The notes under the pieces are model-generated. The model saw only the letters and a program-made list of their open reading frames with translations, did no database searches and was not told the DNA's origin. Position numbers and translations under genes: made by a program. Below, piece by piece: positions 27,911 through 63,353 of a stretch of DNA of 64,000 bases (position 1 is the stretch's first letter; each line of letters starts with the position of its first letter). The DNA comes from Amoebidium appalachense (taxonomy: Eukaryota; Protista; Ichthyosporea): contig CAVNZM010000005.1 in assembly GCA_963693365.1 (NCBI GenBank), positions 1,798,001 to 1,862,000 on the forward strand, given 5' to 3'.

Positions 27911-28067
27911 AACATCCTTCAAACTCTGTCAGTCAATTACGTCAGTCAAATTGCGAGTACAGCGAGCACAACAAAGCGGTACAAAGCACTTGATGAAAAA
28001 AATAATCACCATCCATACAGCCTTTAACATACGTTATCATTATTAATTTACTAATTTCGAATTGAGA

Positions 28068-29621
28068 ATGGTTCAGACAATTAGTCACTTTGTTGCCCTC
28101 TCGGCCGGTCTGGCTGCAGTTGCCGCCGCTCCCCTTGACGGTAACACCACCACCACCACCACCACACTTGCCACCACCACCACCACCATGCCCGCTAACA
28201 TTACCACCACCACTTCGGACATGACTACGACAACCATCGCGCCTATGACTACTACCACGCTGATGCCTCAGACCACCACCACTACGGCGGCCACCACCAC
28301 CACCACTGGCCGTGGGCAGCCCAGCAACACCGTGAGCGTGAATGATGCCATGTTTGCCACCCTAGATGACGCATGGTCAAACGCCCCTCTCGACCAGTAC
28401 TGCAGCAAAAACTTCTTTGCACAGGTGCCTGAGGGGTGGGTTGTTGCGGAAGACACTCCAAATGCGCGCATTGCCATTGAGCTCAACTCCTTCGGCTCAC
28501 AGAACATTGTTTTGAGCAACGCCACATACATCCACAACCTTGACAAGCTAGCCGGCACCGCAAAGAACACCACCAATGGTGTCACCTCTGATGCTGCTTG
28601 TCCTAGCCGTATTCTCATCCAGCGTGTTGCCAAGGTCGAGCCTCCCGTGGCTCCCTTCACCCCTGCCACCTCCATCACCAACTTCATCACCTTCCAGGGC
28701 AAAGACTACGCTATGCTCGACAACTCTGTGGCCACCGCCAACATGAATGGCGATTGCATGCATGGGTTCTTTGAGATCCCTAGTGGATGGGAGGTTGCTG
28801 CCGACGCAGAGGAGACAAAGGCCGTTGTGATCACCGCCAAATATCCATTCCGCTACATGTGCAAGGTGGTCTCCACTGGTCGTTCATACGAGCAGACCCT
28901 GTCCCCCACCAATGCCGCATGTGGTTTCAGTGATATGCTTGCTCTTGCTGAGAGCAAAACGCTGAACGCCAAGCTGGCCGGTGTCTCCAACCACCGCTGT
29001 GGTGGTGTCCTCATCAGCCGTGCCTCCACTGCCCTCAACACGTGGACCGTTGAGACCAGCATCAGCAACACCTTCACCACCCTTGAGGGTCACGTGTATG
29101 CCACCCTCGACAACTCTAAGGCCAGTGACGTCTACATGGCGGGTATGGACGGGAGCTCCAGTTTCTGCCAGAATGTGGCCATGAAAATCCCCGACAAGTG
29201 GCTGGTAGCCAACTCGACCATGCCCGGTGAGAGCCATGCTGCGGCCCAGCCCTGGGGTACCTTCTGCATTGGTGGCCTCGACTTCAATGGCAAGCCATGC
29301 AACTACAGTGTGCTCAAGAGCGACAAGTATGCATCGGCCCAGTTCTGCGACCAAAAGGTGCTGATCAAGCGCGAGGCTGAGGACTGTGTGTCCACGTGGT
29401 CTGATTGGTCGGCCTGCCCTACCACTTGCACCACGGAGAAGGTCAACCAGACAAGAACGCGAGGTGCCATCACCACTCCACCCCAGTTTGGTGGTGCCTG
29501 CAACTTGAATGAGACCCGTTTGTGCTCTCAGACCGGGTGCATCCCTGGCTCACCCGCTTCCCGTTCTGCCCCCACCCTATTGGTTGCCCTGGTTGCTGCT
29601 GCCGCTGCTGCTCTGTTTTGA
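28068..29621 (+). CDS. Intronless secreted/GPI-anchored surface protein: signal peptide, Thr-rich stalk, three ~100-aa Cys-containing repeats, thrombospondin type-1 repeat, GPI-like tail
   Basis: MVQTISHFVALSAGLAAVAAA signal; poly-Thr; three repeats with (F/Y)AxLD..C...(V/I)PxxWxVA....C..(I/V)LIxR; DCVSTWSDWSACPTTC...QTRTR...PPQFGGAC.LNETRLC (TSP1); SPASRSAPTLLVALVAAAAAALF C-terminus. Confidence 0.9.
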   Translation: MVQTISHFVALSAGLAAVAAAPLDGNTTTTTTTLATTTTTMPANITTTTSDMTTTTIAPMTTTTLMPQTTTTTAATTTTTGRGQPSNTVSVNDAMFATLDDAWSNAPLDQYCSKNFFAQVPEGWVVAEDTPNARIAIELNSFGSQNIVLSNATYIHNLDKLAGTAKNTTNGVTSDAACPSRILIQRVAKVEPPVAPFTPATSITNFITFQGKDYAMLDNSVATANMNGDCMHGFFEIPSGWEVAADAEETKAVVITAKYPFRYMCKVVSTGRSYEQTLSPTNAACGFSDMLALAESKTLNAKLAGVSNHRCGGVLISRASTALNTWTVETSISNTFTTLEGHVYATLDNSKASDVYMAGMDGSSSFCQNVAMKIPDKWLVANSTMPGESHAAAQPWGTFCIGGLDFNGKPCNYSVLKSDKYASAQFCDQKVLIKREAEDCVSTWSDWSACPTTCTTEKVNQTRTRGAITTPPQFGGACNLNETRLCSQTGCIPGSPASRSAPTLLVALVAAAAAALF

Positions 29622-29992
29622 ACGACCGTGAATGAGTCTGAACTTACGGCGATTATTATGAAACAGGACCGTGAGAATTGAATGATACTGTCGCGAATGA
29701 TTGAATAATTTAGTTGAATTTTAGCTAACCCCCAGTACCACTTAAGCCGGTAAAGTTTAAAAGTGTAATCGTGGAGCATATTGCCAAGTTCAACATTCTA
29801 CAACTACTAACAGTAGCACACGGACCTGACTGTGTTAGGTCCTTATAAATAAATGATACATTGAACCCTTCTCGAGCCCCCCCCCCCCCCCCCCCCCCCC
29901 AACACACACACACATGTACACATGTACACACACACACACACACACACACGCACGCACACACACACACACATATATACACACAGGCAAACACA

Positions 29993-30052
<60 letters not shown>

Positions 30053-30132
30053 CATGCGCACATGCGCACGTGCGCACGCACGCACACACACACACGCACA
30101 GCGGCATGCACACGTGCACACACACACACATG

Positions 30133-30165
<33 letters not shown>

Positions 30166-30520
30166 TGCACACACACACGCACACACACGCGCGCACACAC
30201 AAACACACACACAAACACACACACACACCGTGACACAAGCGCACGTGCGTGCACTAAAACACCCTAAATTAAGTTAAAGCAAGCTGAAAACTATGTTGAT
30301 GCATGCCACAGGAGCTGCTATCGGCATACGTAGTATAAAGTCGACTTCCCCCGACTCTCCCCCCCTCCCCCCTTCCCCTCCGCCCCCCCCCCCACCCCCC
30401 CCCTTCCCCCCCCCCCCACCCCATACTGATAATGTCCCAGCACATCTCGGGGCTGGAACCATTCACTGAGTGGAGGTAAATGTGAGGTGCACACGGGTTC
30501 ATGGCCAACTTTAAGCAAAT

Positions 30521-30649
<129 letters not shown>

Positions 30650-32229
30650 TGTAACTTTTCAGCTACCCCTCCCAAGTCGCAATCGGTCGTAGAGCAGGAG
30701 CAGTATACTGGCATCATGATCTGGCATCTGAAAGGTGGCCAAATCCCGAAGAACATGCCACATGACTCATTCAATGCATCAACAATCACGAGTTTCAGTA
30801 CCCCCCCCCCCCCCCCCCCCCCCCCTCCCCCTCCCCTCCTTTTCCCTCATTCCAGGAAACAACAAAAACGATTATACTTGGAAAAATTCCACACGAAACA
30901 TCCGCTATATCACGGGAAGAATGCTGACTGTGCGAGTTTTTTTGCCTTCTGCATTTGATAAACGCAGGGGGGACTCGGATATAGCATGCCCGGGACACCC
31001 CCCCCCCTTCCCCCCCCTCTCCCCCCCCCCCCCAAAAAACAAAAAAACAAAAAACATACCCACACCGTGACAACACCACTAGTACTCCTCCTGCCTTTTC
31101 CTCCACACATGTTTTATACTCACCTCGAAACTTGTACCCACCACACACACAAGCACATGCGCACGCAGACATGTACACACTGTACGCCATGAACATGTGG
31201 AGACACACACGCGTACGCCCAAACACACACCCACGCACACACCCACGCACACACGCACGCACACACGCACGCACACACACGCACACATACACACACACAC
31301 ACACACGCAACAATACAGGCACGCACACACGCACGAACGCATACACACACACATACACACACACAGACACACGCACACTCACGCACGCACACACACGCAC
31401 ACACACGCATACACACACACACACACACTAATCATGCGGTGCGCACACGTGCACACACCAACAGTGGTGGTTGGTGTTAGTGGTTTCCAAAGCTTGGCTG
31501 ACTCCAGGACCACCTCGTGGTGCTAGCATTGGCCAAAGCAAGCTTCAGTGACATTTATTTTCTGTTGTGTAGTCATATCCTGACCACGGCCCTCTGTGTT
31601 CCTGACCATCAGGTTGGACGGTTGGTCATGGCGGTGCCATGATGGGGATCATGATGGGTGATGGCGGCAATTGCATGTCAGCCGTCAGAAATATCAATCT
31701 AATCTCTGCGGAAACTCACTGCCGCTTGGTGAATGCTATCTGGGTGTCGTTGCTATATTTTTTATAAGTGTTAAAGGTTGCACAGGCCCAGCACGTGTTC
31801 CCACATAATTATAAGTGGCTACAGTCAGACAGCCACACAGTGTGCGCACACAATGTGCCACACTCATACAGGCCACCGTTGTATGGCGGGCCTAAAATGC
31901 CTGCCAAATAAGGTATATATGTAACACCATATATAGCTAGAGAATGAACCACTCAACGCGCTTACCGAACGCTCAGATGTTTACCAGTGCTGAGTTTCGA
32001 GGCCCGTTCTTCGCCATGCATGAGATGCGCACCGTCATGAGTCATGCCAAAAAACGGTGGACGTGAGGGAAAGGGAAGAGTAAGGTGAAAATGCTCGACT
32101 GGTTTTTATAGTAAATGGAATAGGAAGGGTGCCTAAACGTTATAGTTAGTGCCCACTGGGATATAAGCTTAGCTGGATGGACAGTTCAACGGGCTCTATA
32201 CGTTTTGTGCTTCAATGATAACATTAGCC

Positions 32230-39840
<7,611 letters not shown>

Positions 39841-41547
39841 CAAAACACAATTTTGTGGGGGTTTTAGCATTTCCGTGGGGATTTTTTCCCCCCTTTATGC
39901 AACGGTGCCTAGGCGAGTGTATTAACTGGGCCTATAATATTAGTGTTTGAGTTCCTGCCTGTGTCCCGATATAGTCATGCTGAGATGTACATCTTGGATC
40001 ATGTGCACTTGTATGCTGTAAAACCCCTCACTATGCCCTGCTTCAAACACACACACAGATACATGGTGCGTGCCGGGCAAATATGCCTGACCCCCCCCCC
40101 CCCCCCCCCCCCCCCCTCGGGGCGATGTGCAAGTAGTGCCCCTAGAGCTCTTGGCCTACGTGCCCTTTATGGTATCTTCGCTCCGATTATTACGGGGGCT
40201 GCTATGCGATATGAGAAAGCCTCCTGCTATATTAGAATTAATTAATTAGCTCTTTTGACTATTATAGAGGAGACTGTCTTTGTTGTAGATGTTCTTTTTT
40301 TGGCTGCTGGTCATAGGACCACAGCTTTTGTTAGCCGTTCATACTAGTACTCTCCAATCTAGTGCAACACCATGTGGGGTGGTATGTGAAATTTGCTTGC
40401 CTGATCAAATAAAAAGCTAGTGTGCAGCAAAGTTATCATACTGTACAGTCACCAGCTAATTCCCAACACGCACACATGTATACACACCCAACGTGCGCGC
40501 GCGCGCACACACGTGTACACGTATTCACACGTACGTACACTCCCCCTTACTGAGAACTCCCCTGTCCTACCCCCATACACATGTACATGCACACACGATC
40601 GAACACATGCATACACCGTCAGAAGCTTAGCTTAAAGTTCTGATTGCAACATATGAACCTGTGTGGGGTGGTCCCGCAGACCAGCTGGGACCCTAAATAT
40701 TGTGAAATTCGGTCCGAAAGGAGCAGAAGTAGATATATCGTTGCGTGTACATGTGCAGAGTAACACAACATGCCAGGAAGGCCTAGGAAGGAAGGAGGGG
40801 GGTGGGGTGGGGTGGGGGAGGGTCCGCAGAGCTGTCTTGATCGGCTCGTTCATGCACTTTTGGCGGTGTATGTGCTATGTGCCTGTGTTAATGTGGGCTG
40901 TGTTCCTCAGGATCGCAACTGTGTGCGCCACAATCTTCGTGTTCAGTTTTATTCCTCAGACACCTGCCACCGTGATATACTAATGCGTGGGACCATGTGC
41001 GGGTACTCTGCGTGGGTGCTGGACGTAACAGTGGAGTGTGTGCGTGCGCGCACGAGCACTCGTGTGTGCGTTTGCGCGCGTGTAGGGATACACGTGTGTT
41101 GGCTACTCTCGTGTGCGTGTTTTGTGTCCGTGCCTGTGTGTGTGTGCAACGTTCGATGAGGGTACATGGTGGTAATCAAAAGCACACCACTCTCGTATAT
41201 GAGCTTAGGGTGGTGCACTTTATTGTGTATTCGGTTACCACACATCACCACAAACAGGTATCTGGTTGTGTATCTCTCGTAATACATTGGAGCATTCGTG
41301 CATAAGATTACATCATGAGCCATTTGAGTATATACACACATTTACATTCAGCAGAACTATTAATACATTCACCGTGGCATACGTACACAGACGTTTAGTA
41401 CTCACACCACCCAGTGGCACCATCACGTCAAGTAAACGGGCAAAATGTAATCAGAGCTTCGACGTTTTGGGTGTGGGTGTGTTGGTAATCTATATACACA
41501 TGGATCACACCCCATAATGTCCTCCCCCCCCCCCCCCCCCCCCCCGT

Positions 41548-55928
<14,381 letters not shown>

Positions 55929-57676
55929 TAGCCCCAAATTTCGGCTCCGCCAGCGGCTCGATCGTGAATGTTTGCGTAATCAGAATGACGTCATCAGAAG
56001 ATTTTTTTTCCGCCGCTGGTGGAGCGTCACAGGGATTCAATTAGAGCCCATTTCGTTAAAAAATACGCTGCCTAAAAGCCGCTTAAAATAATTAATCGAC
56101 CCATTTTATCACGCGTGGCGCCACTGCCCAAAATGATGCCGCCTGCCTGGTTCTTTTTCTTTTGTTTTATGTTTCTATAGGCCTATTTACGCCCCGAATG
56201 AATAAATGAGCTTTAAATAGTTTTTTTCATTACATAAGCAACTAATTGCATTTTTAAGCGCATTTACGCTGAAATGCCGTCTCTTAGTTTATGACAAAAA
56301 GCATCTGCCCCCTTCAAAACTTTGCAGGTTTACATTGGCTAAATCTAGATCTTAGGAATGTAAAACAGAAAGTTGGGCGTAAAAGCATCTGCCCCCGTCA
56401 AAACTTTACAGGTTTACATTGGCTGCATCTAGATGATAGGAATGTCTCGAAGAAACTATATGGTCTAAAGAAAGGAAAGACACTGTTAACAGTATGTTTC
56501 AGTGGTCCGTTCCGAGACTTGCCAGACTCACCTTCCGAGGTCTGTCTACCGTGTTTTATTTGCAGGTGGATAGACATCAAGATATCAGCGTGGATGGATA
56601 TCCACCAATGTGAATATCGGTTTCGCTTATCGGCGAGTAGTCGACGAGTGCTCATCAGCACATCCCCTGCACAAAGAAGTCTGGCTTCGTCCCTGAAGCC
56701 TACCTTGTGCATCTCTGAGAGATGAGCGCACTCTTTCAATAAATACTAAATTCTATGTATTCTTATATTGACTATTTCACTGTATCTATTCCATTATACT
56801 ATTCTAGGTGAGTGGGTTTTAATCGTGGAGTCTGCCACTAAACTCCAGGTTTTAGGGGGAAAACACTCTCAGAAACCCCAAGGGCTCTACTCCTAGTCCC
56901 TTTTCGTGAACAATGAGCACATGGTCATGCTAGTCCAGCTAGCTTTTCTAGACCAGAGAGCAGGCGTGTGTGGTTTTGTGCCATTGTTTTGAAAATCGTT
57001 GTGGTATGCTGTGCCATCGCATCTGCATGGCTCGCATCTCAAACCACTGTTTTTTTTTGGTGTTTTTTTTGATATAAGTCGTGGTACTACAAGTCTGTAT
57101 GTACCGTGGCCATTGCCCAGAATCTGTTGCGTTTTCAGCCAGCAATAAAGCATGGAACACCTTTACCCTTACATCTTTCGAGTTCTTAGAAAGTTAGGTC
57201 TGTTAGTTAGGGTTGCTCAAGTCTGTAGCAGCCTACTACGTTCTTCTCTCTCTTTCCCTTTTGGATGCTCATGCTATGGCGACCTGTCAAGAATTTAACA
57301 GCTGTCTGCTATTTAAAGAAAGGAAAGACACTGTGAACAGTATGTTTCAGTGGTCCGTTTCGAGACTTGCCAGACTGACCTTCCGAGGTCTGTCTACCGT
57401 GTTTTATTTGCAGGTGGATAGACATCAAGATATCAGCGTGGATGATATCCACCAATGTGAATATCGGTTTCGCTTATCGGCGAGTAGTCGACGAGTGCTC
57501 ATCAGCACAATGGCGACAATCACCTCAGCCAATGATATTCTGCGGTGGCTCTCAATTATAACCGCTGTGAGGCCCTGCCAGGCTGCCAGCGGAAGCTAAA
57601 AAATTATCTGATGACGTCATTCTGATTGCGCAAACATTCGCGATCGAGCCGCTGGCGGGGCCGAAAGTTGGGGCTA
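55929..57676. mobile_element. Non-autonomous TIR DNA transposon (Mutator-like), 1748 bp
   Basis: Imperfect TIRs of ~80-120 bp (TAGCCCCAAATTTCGGCTCCGCCAGCGGCTCGATCG... / ...CGATCGAGCCGCTGGCGGGGCCGAAAGTTGGGGCTA). 9-bp flanking direct repeat with one mismatch (CTTCTTCTC 55920-55928; TTTCTTCTC 57677-57685). AT-richer interior with no recognisable transposase ORF. Confidence 0.82.
56466..57509 (+). repeat. ~195-bp direct repeat inside the TIR element (56466-56661 and 57313-57509), plus a ~65-bp duplication at 56295-56445
   Basis: TAAAGAAAGGAAAGACACTGT...AGTAGTCGACGAGTGCTCATCAGCACA occurs twice. Confidence 0.9.
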
Positions 57677-60599
57677 TTTCTTCTCCCTCAATCAACTTCC
57701 CGTTTTTCTTTTAAGCGCCGGGTGAGTGGGGGAGAGAGCACTCAACAGGCAAGGTGGGTGGTTTTGCGGGTGGCAGGTGGCGGGTGCGGGATGGGCCCGG
57801 GGTGGGTAAGGGGGCGGAGGGGGGGGGGGGGGGGGGGGGAGGGAGGGAGGGGAGGGGGGGGGGGGGGGGGGGGGGAGTAGGGATACCATTGCGCGTTCAG
57901 ACCACCACTTTGGCACGTTAGCAGGCAGCATCCTATGATTCACTGATATAACCTTGAGCCGGTGAAGCACATCCAGGTACAGGCACATGGGTAGCCCCAT
58001 CCACCGCTCTGAGTAATGTCGGTGTGTGTGAGTATGGTGGGTCATATAAGGCATGTGGGTGGGCAAATCACCCACACAGGCAAACACACTCATGTCCATA
58101 TGCGCAGCCATACACATGCGCATGCACACGTACACACACAGGTGCACGTACATGAACTTTTATATGCACACCAACATGTACGCCCTGCCAAACACACACA
58201 CACACACACACACACATATCCATGCAACCCTCCCCTCCCCGGGGAGGCCCCCCCCCCCGCCCCTCCCTCCCCCCCCCAGCCACATTCCTCCACCACCTAT
58301 TTCACACCTGCACACCCCCGCCCTTAACCTCACACAATCTCCAGCCCACCACACCCGCACGACCCCACCTCACAACCCCACCCATACCTTCACCCCCCCC
58401 CCTCCCCCCCCCCCCCCCCCCCCCCCCCATACACACACACACACACACTCCCCCCCCTCACCCGAGTCCAGTGCAGCACCCACATCCACGGCCTTCTTCT
58501 CCCACCCCCTGCCCATTGCTGCCACAACATCCACCAGGTGCACACTCTTCATCTGCAAAACAACAACAAAAAAAAAGAAATGTCAGCCAGCAACCACACC
58601 CCCCACCCTGCCCACCCCTTCCCTTCTTTTCTCGGCACACATACGATGTTCTTCCTCCCTGCCCTATAATCTGTGAACTCTTTTTCCTTATTCCATTCCG
58701 CACACAGACCCGCCATGCCCTGCATCATTTCACAACCAACTGCAAAGGCTCAGCAAAATCTGTAGAACTTGCCCCCCCCCCCCCCCCCCCCCCCGGGGTC
58801 CCTCGACAGGAACATGCAGGCATTTACCCACATAGACACCTTCCCAGCTCTCCCATCGGGTTTTTGATAAAGCCTATCTTTCCAGTCTTAACCCCCCCCC
58901 CCTCCCCCCCCCCCCCCCCCCCCCCCGCCCAAAAGGAGCACTAAGAAATTTTTCACTTAGACCGAGAGCTCTCATACAAAGGCCTTTCAACTTGAAACAG
59001 GCATGTGCGTGCTTGTGCGTGTGTACGAGCACATACACATGCAGGTGCTTCAGCACACACACAACCACGCACGCATGAACATACACACAGAGAGAGACAC
59101 AGCCATGCACCTACCCGTACACGTTCCGTTGCATAGTACTCAAATTCCACCACCACGTCCTTGCTCACACCGTGACCCGGTAAATCTGCAAGCCCGGCAG
59201 CCTGGGGGGGAGGAGGAGGAGGGCGCCGGGGGAGGGGGAGGGGGGGTGAGTATTTTATGAGCGCGGAAATGGAGAGCAGAGGGAGGTATGAGCATCTTTT
59301 AGGGCAGAGATAAGGGGTACTTGGGGGGGGGGGGGGGGGGGGGGGGGGGATATAAGTTGATTCTGTGGCGTGGTTATGAAAAGGGAGGGGGGAAGGGGGG
59401 TGAGTGCTCTTTCTGCAGATAGGGAGGGGCGGGGGGGGGGGAGGGGGGGGGGGGGGGGAAGGGGGGGGGAATGTGAGTAATATCTCTCGGCAGCTATAGA
59501 TATCCCACAGGTATAAAAGGTGCAGCCTACGGCCATCTGGAGGGGGAGAGAGGGGGGGGGGGAAAGGGGGGGGTCGTCTTCCAGTACAAGTAGGTGTACT
59601 TCTGTTGCGGATGTCAACACATACTATTCCATGGTGATTAGATATATTTGTTTACATATCCACAGCACTGACATAGAGCCTGAACCATACGCCCGGCGGA
59701 GAGAAGAGGGGGGGGGGGGGGGGGGGGGGAGGGGGGGAAGGGGGGGGGGGGGGGGGTACCATCATCCGCCTCCTGGCCTGCTGCACTTCGGCACGGAACT
59801 TGCGTAATTTCGTTTCCAAACTATCCGTGCTACTAGATTTCAATTTCTTCGCTTCGTTTTCCGTTTTTTCTGCAGTGGTTGGAGTTGAATTTACGGGATT
59901 TTGTTTTCGTAATGCCTCTTCTGCAGCTGCATCTAGCGCAGCCAAATCTGCCTCCGTCATCTCTTCGTCAACCAAAAACCAATCATCGGGTTCGCTTTTT
60001 CCGTTTTGGTTATTTCCCTGCACTGTATCGTCGTGAGAAAAACCGGGGTGTTCCAGTGCGAAAATTGGTTCGGAAGGCGTGGAGTCATTAACCAACCATA
60101 TGTTTTCGTCTCCACTTCCCAAATTTTCGGTCTCCTTTCGAAAATATTCCTCCCAGACCTCTTCATTTTCCTGGTCTGAAACCTCTTCATTTTCATCATC
60201 TTTCCTGTTTTCCGATTCCACTTCACTCTCTCCATCCGATACATCATCCAAATCCCCTTCTGACAAGGTAGAGTCTTCCTCGTTCTCGTATATTTCATCG
60301 TGCTCCTCGATTTCATCATATTCAGTCGAATCGTCTGAAAGCTCCCCGTTCCTTCGGCTCGTTGCCGAAGAACACAGCCCGGGATCCACCTCGAAACCAT
60401 TTTCCGGTAAATTTTGGTCGACATTCTCGTCATTTTCCGATTCTTTGTTTGCTTCTAATCGTGATTCCTCTTGTCGGTCACCTTGATCACATCCGTGGGA
60501 TGGCGGGGATGAAGCGGTGGGATGAGTTACGGGTGGAGGTTCTTGGGGGGCCTTTGATTGTGCTCGCTGTGAGGGTATATGGTGATAAGTGACACGCAT
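57677..60599 (-). CDS. Probable 5' exons of the SNF2-HNH helicase gene (acidic N-terminus, possible HARP-like segment)
   Basis: Acidic ORF 60599-59760 containing DDWFLVDEEMTEADLAALDAAAEEAL. Candidate exons 59185-59115, ~58552-58482, 58008-57887 (ERWMGLPMCLYLDVLHRLKVI...LPANVPKWW) and 57707-57677, which joins 55928 in frame once the element is removed. One junction (59760/59185) is not phase-resolved. Confidence 0.55.
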
Positions 60600-60719
60600 G
60601 TCTACAACTCGACCTTTTTTGTTTCTTTTTCTTTTTCTTTTTCTTTTCTTCTTCTTCTTCTTATTTTTTTTTTATTTTTTTTTTTTTTGGGGGGGGGGGG
60701 AATTCAAATGAAACGAGCG

Positions 60720-61561
60720 TCAAACAAGGTATTCAAGGTCAAACAGAAGGATCTGGAAGGGAGGATAATCCTCACAGTTTATGATGGTAGAGGAGAGAGC
60801 CAAAATATGGTAGTAAAGAAGCAGTTGTACGTTTGTGTATGTGTGTGTGTCGTGGTTGTGATGGTGATGGTGTGTGTGTGTGTGTGTTTGGGGGGGAGGG
60901 AGGGAGGGGGGGGGGGGGGGGAGTACATACCGTCTGGACAATATCGGGGATATCTTGGCACAGTAACCAGTCACTCTGTACAAAGTTATGTGCTTATGTT
61001 ACTATGAGGCATATAACGCACAGTTCACCCACATCCACTGGTATGGGAGACACACGAACGCGCACGTGCGCTTGCCAAGGAACCACGAGTGAACACAAAC
61101 ATTTCCTCCCTTTCCCTTTCCCAATCCCTTTTCCCGGTCCACCTTCCCCTCCTCCCCCTCTCTCTCCCCTCCCCCCCCCTCCCCCCGCCCCCCTTCATCG
61201 TATCACCCACACCGCTTCCAAGGACCACCTTCCTTGGTTACTTTTCTTTTCCTTTGCTCTCCTCTTCTCATCTACTCCCCCCTCCCCCTCTTCCCTACCT
61301 CAACCCCTTTCGTTCATGTTCCCTCCCAACCACACTCGTCCCAACCACCACCACCACCAACCCCCCCCCCCCCCCCCTCCTGTTCCCCCTCCACTCCTTT
61401 TTATCTTTCATAATCTCCTCCTCCTCCCTTCTCTTCCAACCTATCCCCTTCCCAACCGTTCTATCCTCGTCCCTTATCAGGAAAAATGGGCTGTATCCCT
61501 CCCCCTCCCCCCTCCCCCTCCCACCCATTCACCCACCCACCCCAAAACCCGGCCTCCCCCC

Positions 61562-61592
<31 letters not shown>

Positions 61593-61615
61593 ACACACAT
61601 CCACACAATTACGCC

Positions 61616-61649
<34 letters not shown>

Positions 61650-61943
61650 TGAGGGGGCTGCAGCCGACACGTACGTCAGGCAAGGTATCCGATTCGTCAA
61701 ACAGAAGGATCTCGAAGGGTGGGCAATCCTCGCCTGCAATTGGTCCATTCAGTCGCCAAATACCAGGCTATGGCTGCGGGTAGCCTTCTAGAAAGGGGGG
61801 GGAGGGGGAGGGGGGGGGGGGGGGGGTATTTCACAAGTGCAATCAAATGAACGCATGTAAAAGCATAGAAGGTGGGTGAGTCTGGGACATACGAGGAGGG
61901 AACAACGTATGGGTTTGGGTGGGGGATGTTGACGTTGTTTGTG

Positions 61944-62021
<78 letters not shown>

Positions 62022-62309
62022 TGTGTGTGTGTGTGAATGAGTGAGCGTGTGTGTGTGGGTGTGTGCGTGTGTGCGTGCGACGTGCGTGCCTGCCTGCCTG
62101 CATGTGTGTGTGTGTGCGTGCTAGCTGAAGACGTGTAGGATGGGGGGAGGGAGGGGGTACAATGTGTTACGAAGTGCAAGTACCCATTCATGACAGAGAA
62201 AGGCATACAGATATTGCAGAAAAGAGCACACACAAGGGTTATGCATCATGAGTAGAGCCGATCCTCGAGCAAGAGGAGGAGGAGGGGGGAGGGGGGAAAG
62301 AGTGGGGGA

Positions 62310-62347
<38 letters not shown>

Positions 62348-63353
62348 ACCTGTGTGGGGTATAAGTGATGAGCGCTTCTGCATGCCCTCTCTCACGGCAT
62401 CAATCCACAGGTCTAGGAGGTCTGCCTCTCTGACCTTGCCCTGGTATCTGCACACCAGATAAAGAGTTCAGTATGCGATTTAGACTTAAAAGAGGAAAAA
62501 AGTGAATGATGGAAAGTGATAGAGGTGGCCATGTGATCATCGGTAGGCGGTTGATAAACATTCTCAATAGTGGGGAGGATAATGAACATTCACAGGTCTT
62601 GTCACGGCTTTTCCCTACTCCAAAAATGTATGGGCAATGTATCTGGATACACATGTATCCACGCGAGTGAGCGCGCACGCACACACACACATACACACAG
62701 ACGCACACACACATACGCACACACGTGCGAGTGCGCGGCTTACACACTTACACAGACACACACCGTGGGGAGGGGAGGGGGGAAGGGGGAGAGGGGAGGG
62801 GGGGAAGGGGGGGGGGGGGGGGGGGTTACCCCAGCAGAGCCACTGCATCCTGAAGATAGATGATGAGATGACCCTTGCGGCTTTGCACAGCAAGTCCCTT
62901 GATCTGAGATTGCAATGGTGTGAGAAATAAAGAGAAGGGTCAAAAGGTATTTATGGAGCAAGTCCTTTGATCTGAGATTGCAATGGTGTGAGAAATAAAG
63001 AGAAGTTATTTGTGGAGGTGTGATTTTGGGTGGGAGATGTGTGGTGCCGTGCATGATTTAATTGGCTTGGTTATGCATGCATTTGGCGCAGTGGCGTGTA
63101 TATAACTTAGTTCAACGTATGGCCTGCACAGGGCTGATTGGTGTTTGGTGTGTGTGCTTCTGGGACTTCGTGTGTGAATCCAAAAAGCACATTTTCTTTT
63201 CGGTAAACGGGCAAAAAAGTTGGGTGAAAGGGGGGAGGGGGGGGGGGGGGGGGGGGGGGGGTTGTCATTGCTATCCAGTACCTTTGCAGGTTGTGTCAGT
63301 ATGGGTTCAAGAGATGCCACCACGTAGTCCCTCAGGGGGCCATCTTTGCAGAT
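60720..63353 (-). CDS. 3' exons of an unidentified protein-coding gene (5' end beyond the window)
   Basis: Phase-consistent GT-AG exons 63353-63282, 62903-62830, 62447-62350, 61733-61675, 60975-60931, 60752-60720 give ICKDGPLRDYVVASLEPIL...GHLIIYLQDAVALLGYQGKVREADLLDLWIDAVREG...PPFEILLFDE...DWLLCQDIPDIVQTILLFDLEYLV*. Family not recognised. Confidence 0.65.

Noticed and set aside
56291-57599. ORFs inside the TIR element as transposase
   Set aside because: Short, lacking DDE or zinc-finger motifs, and frames differ between the two internal repeat copies.
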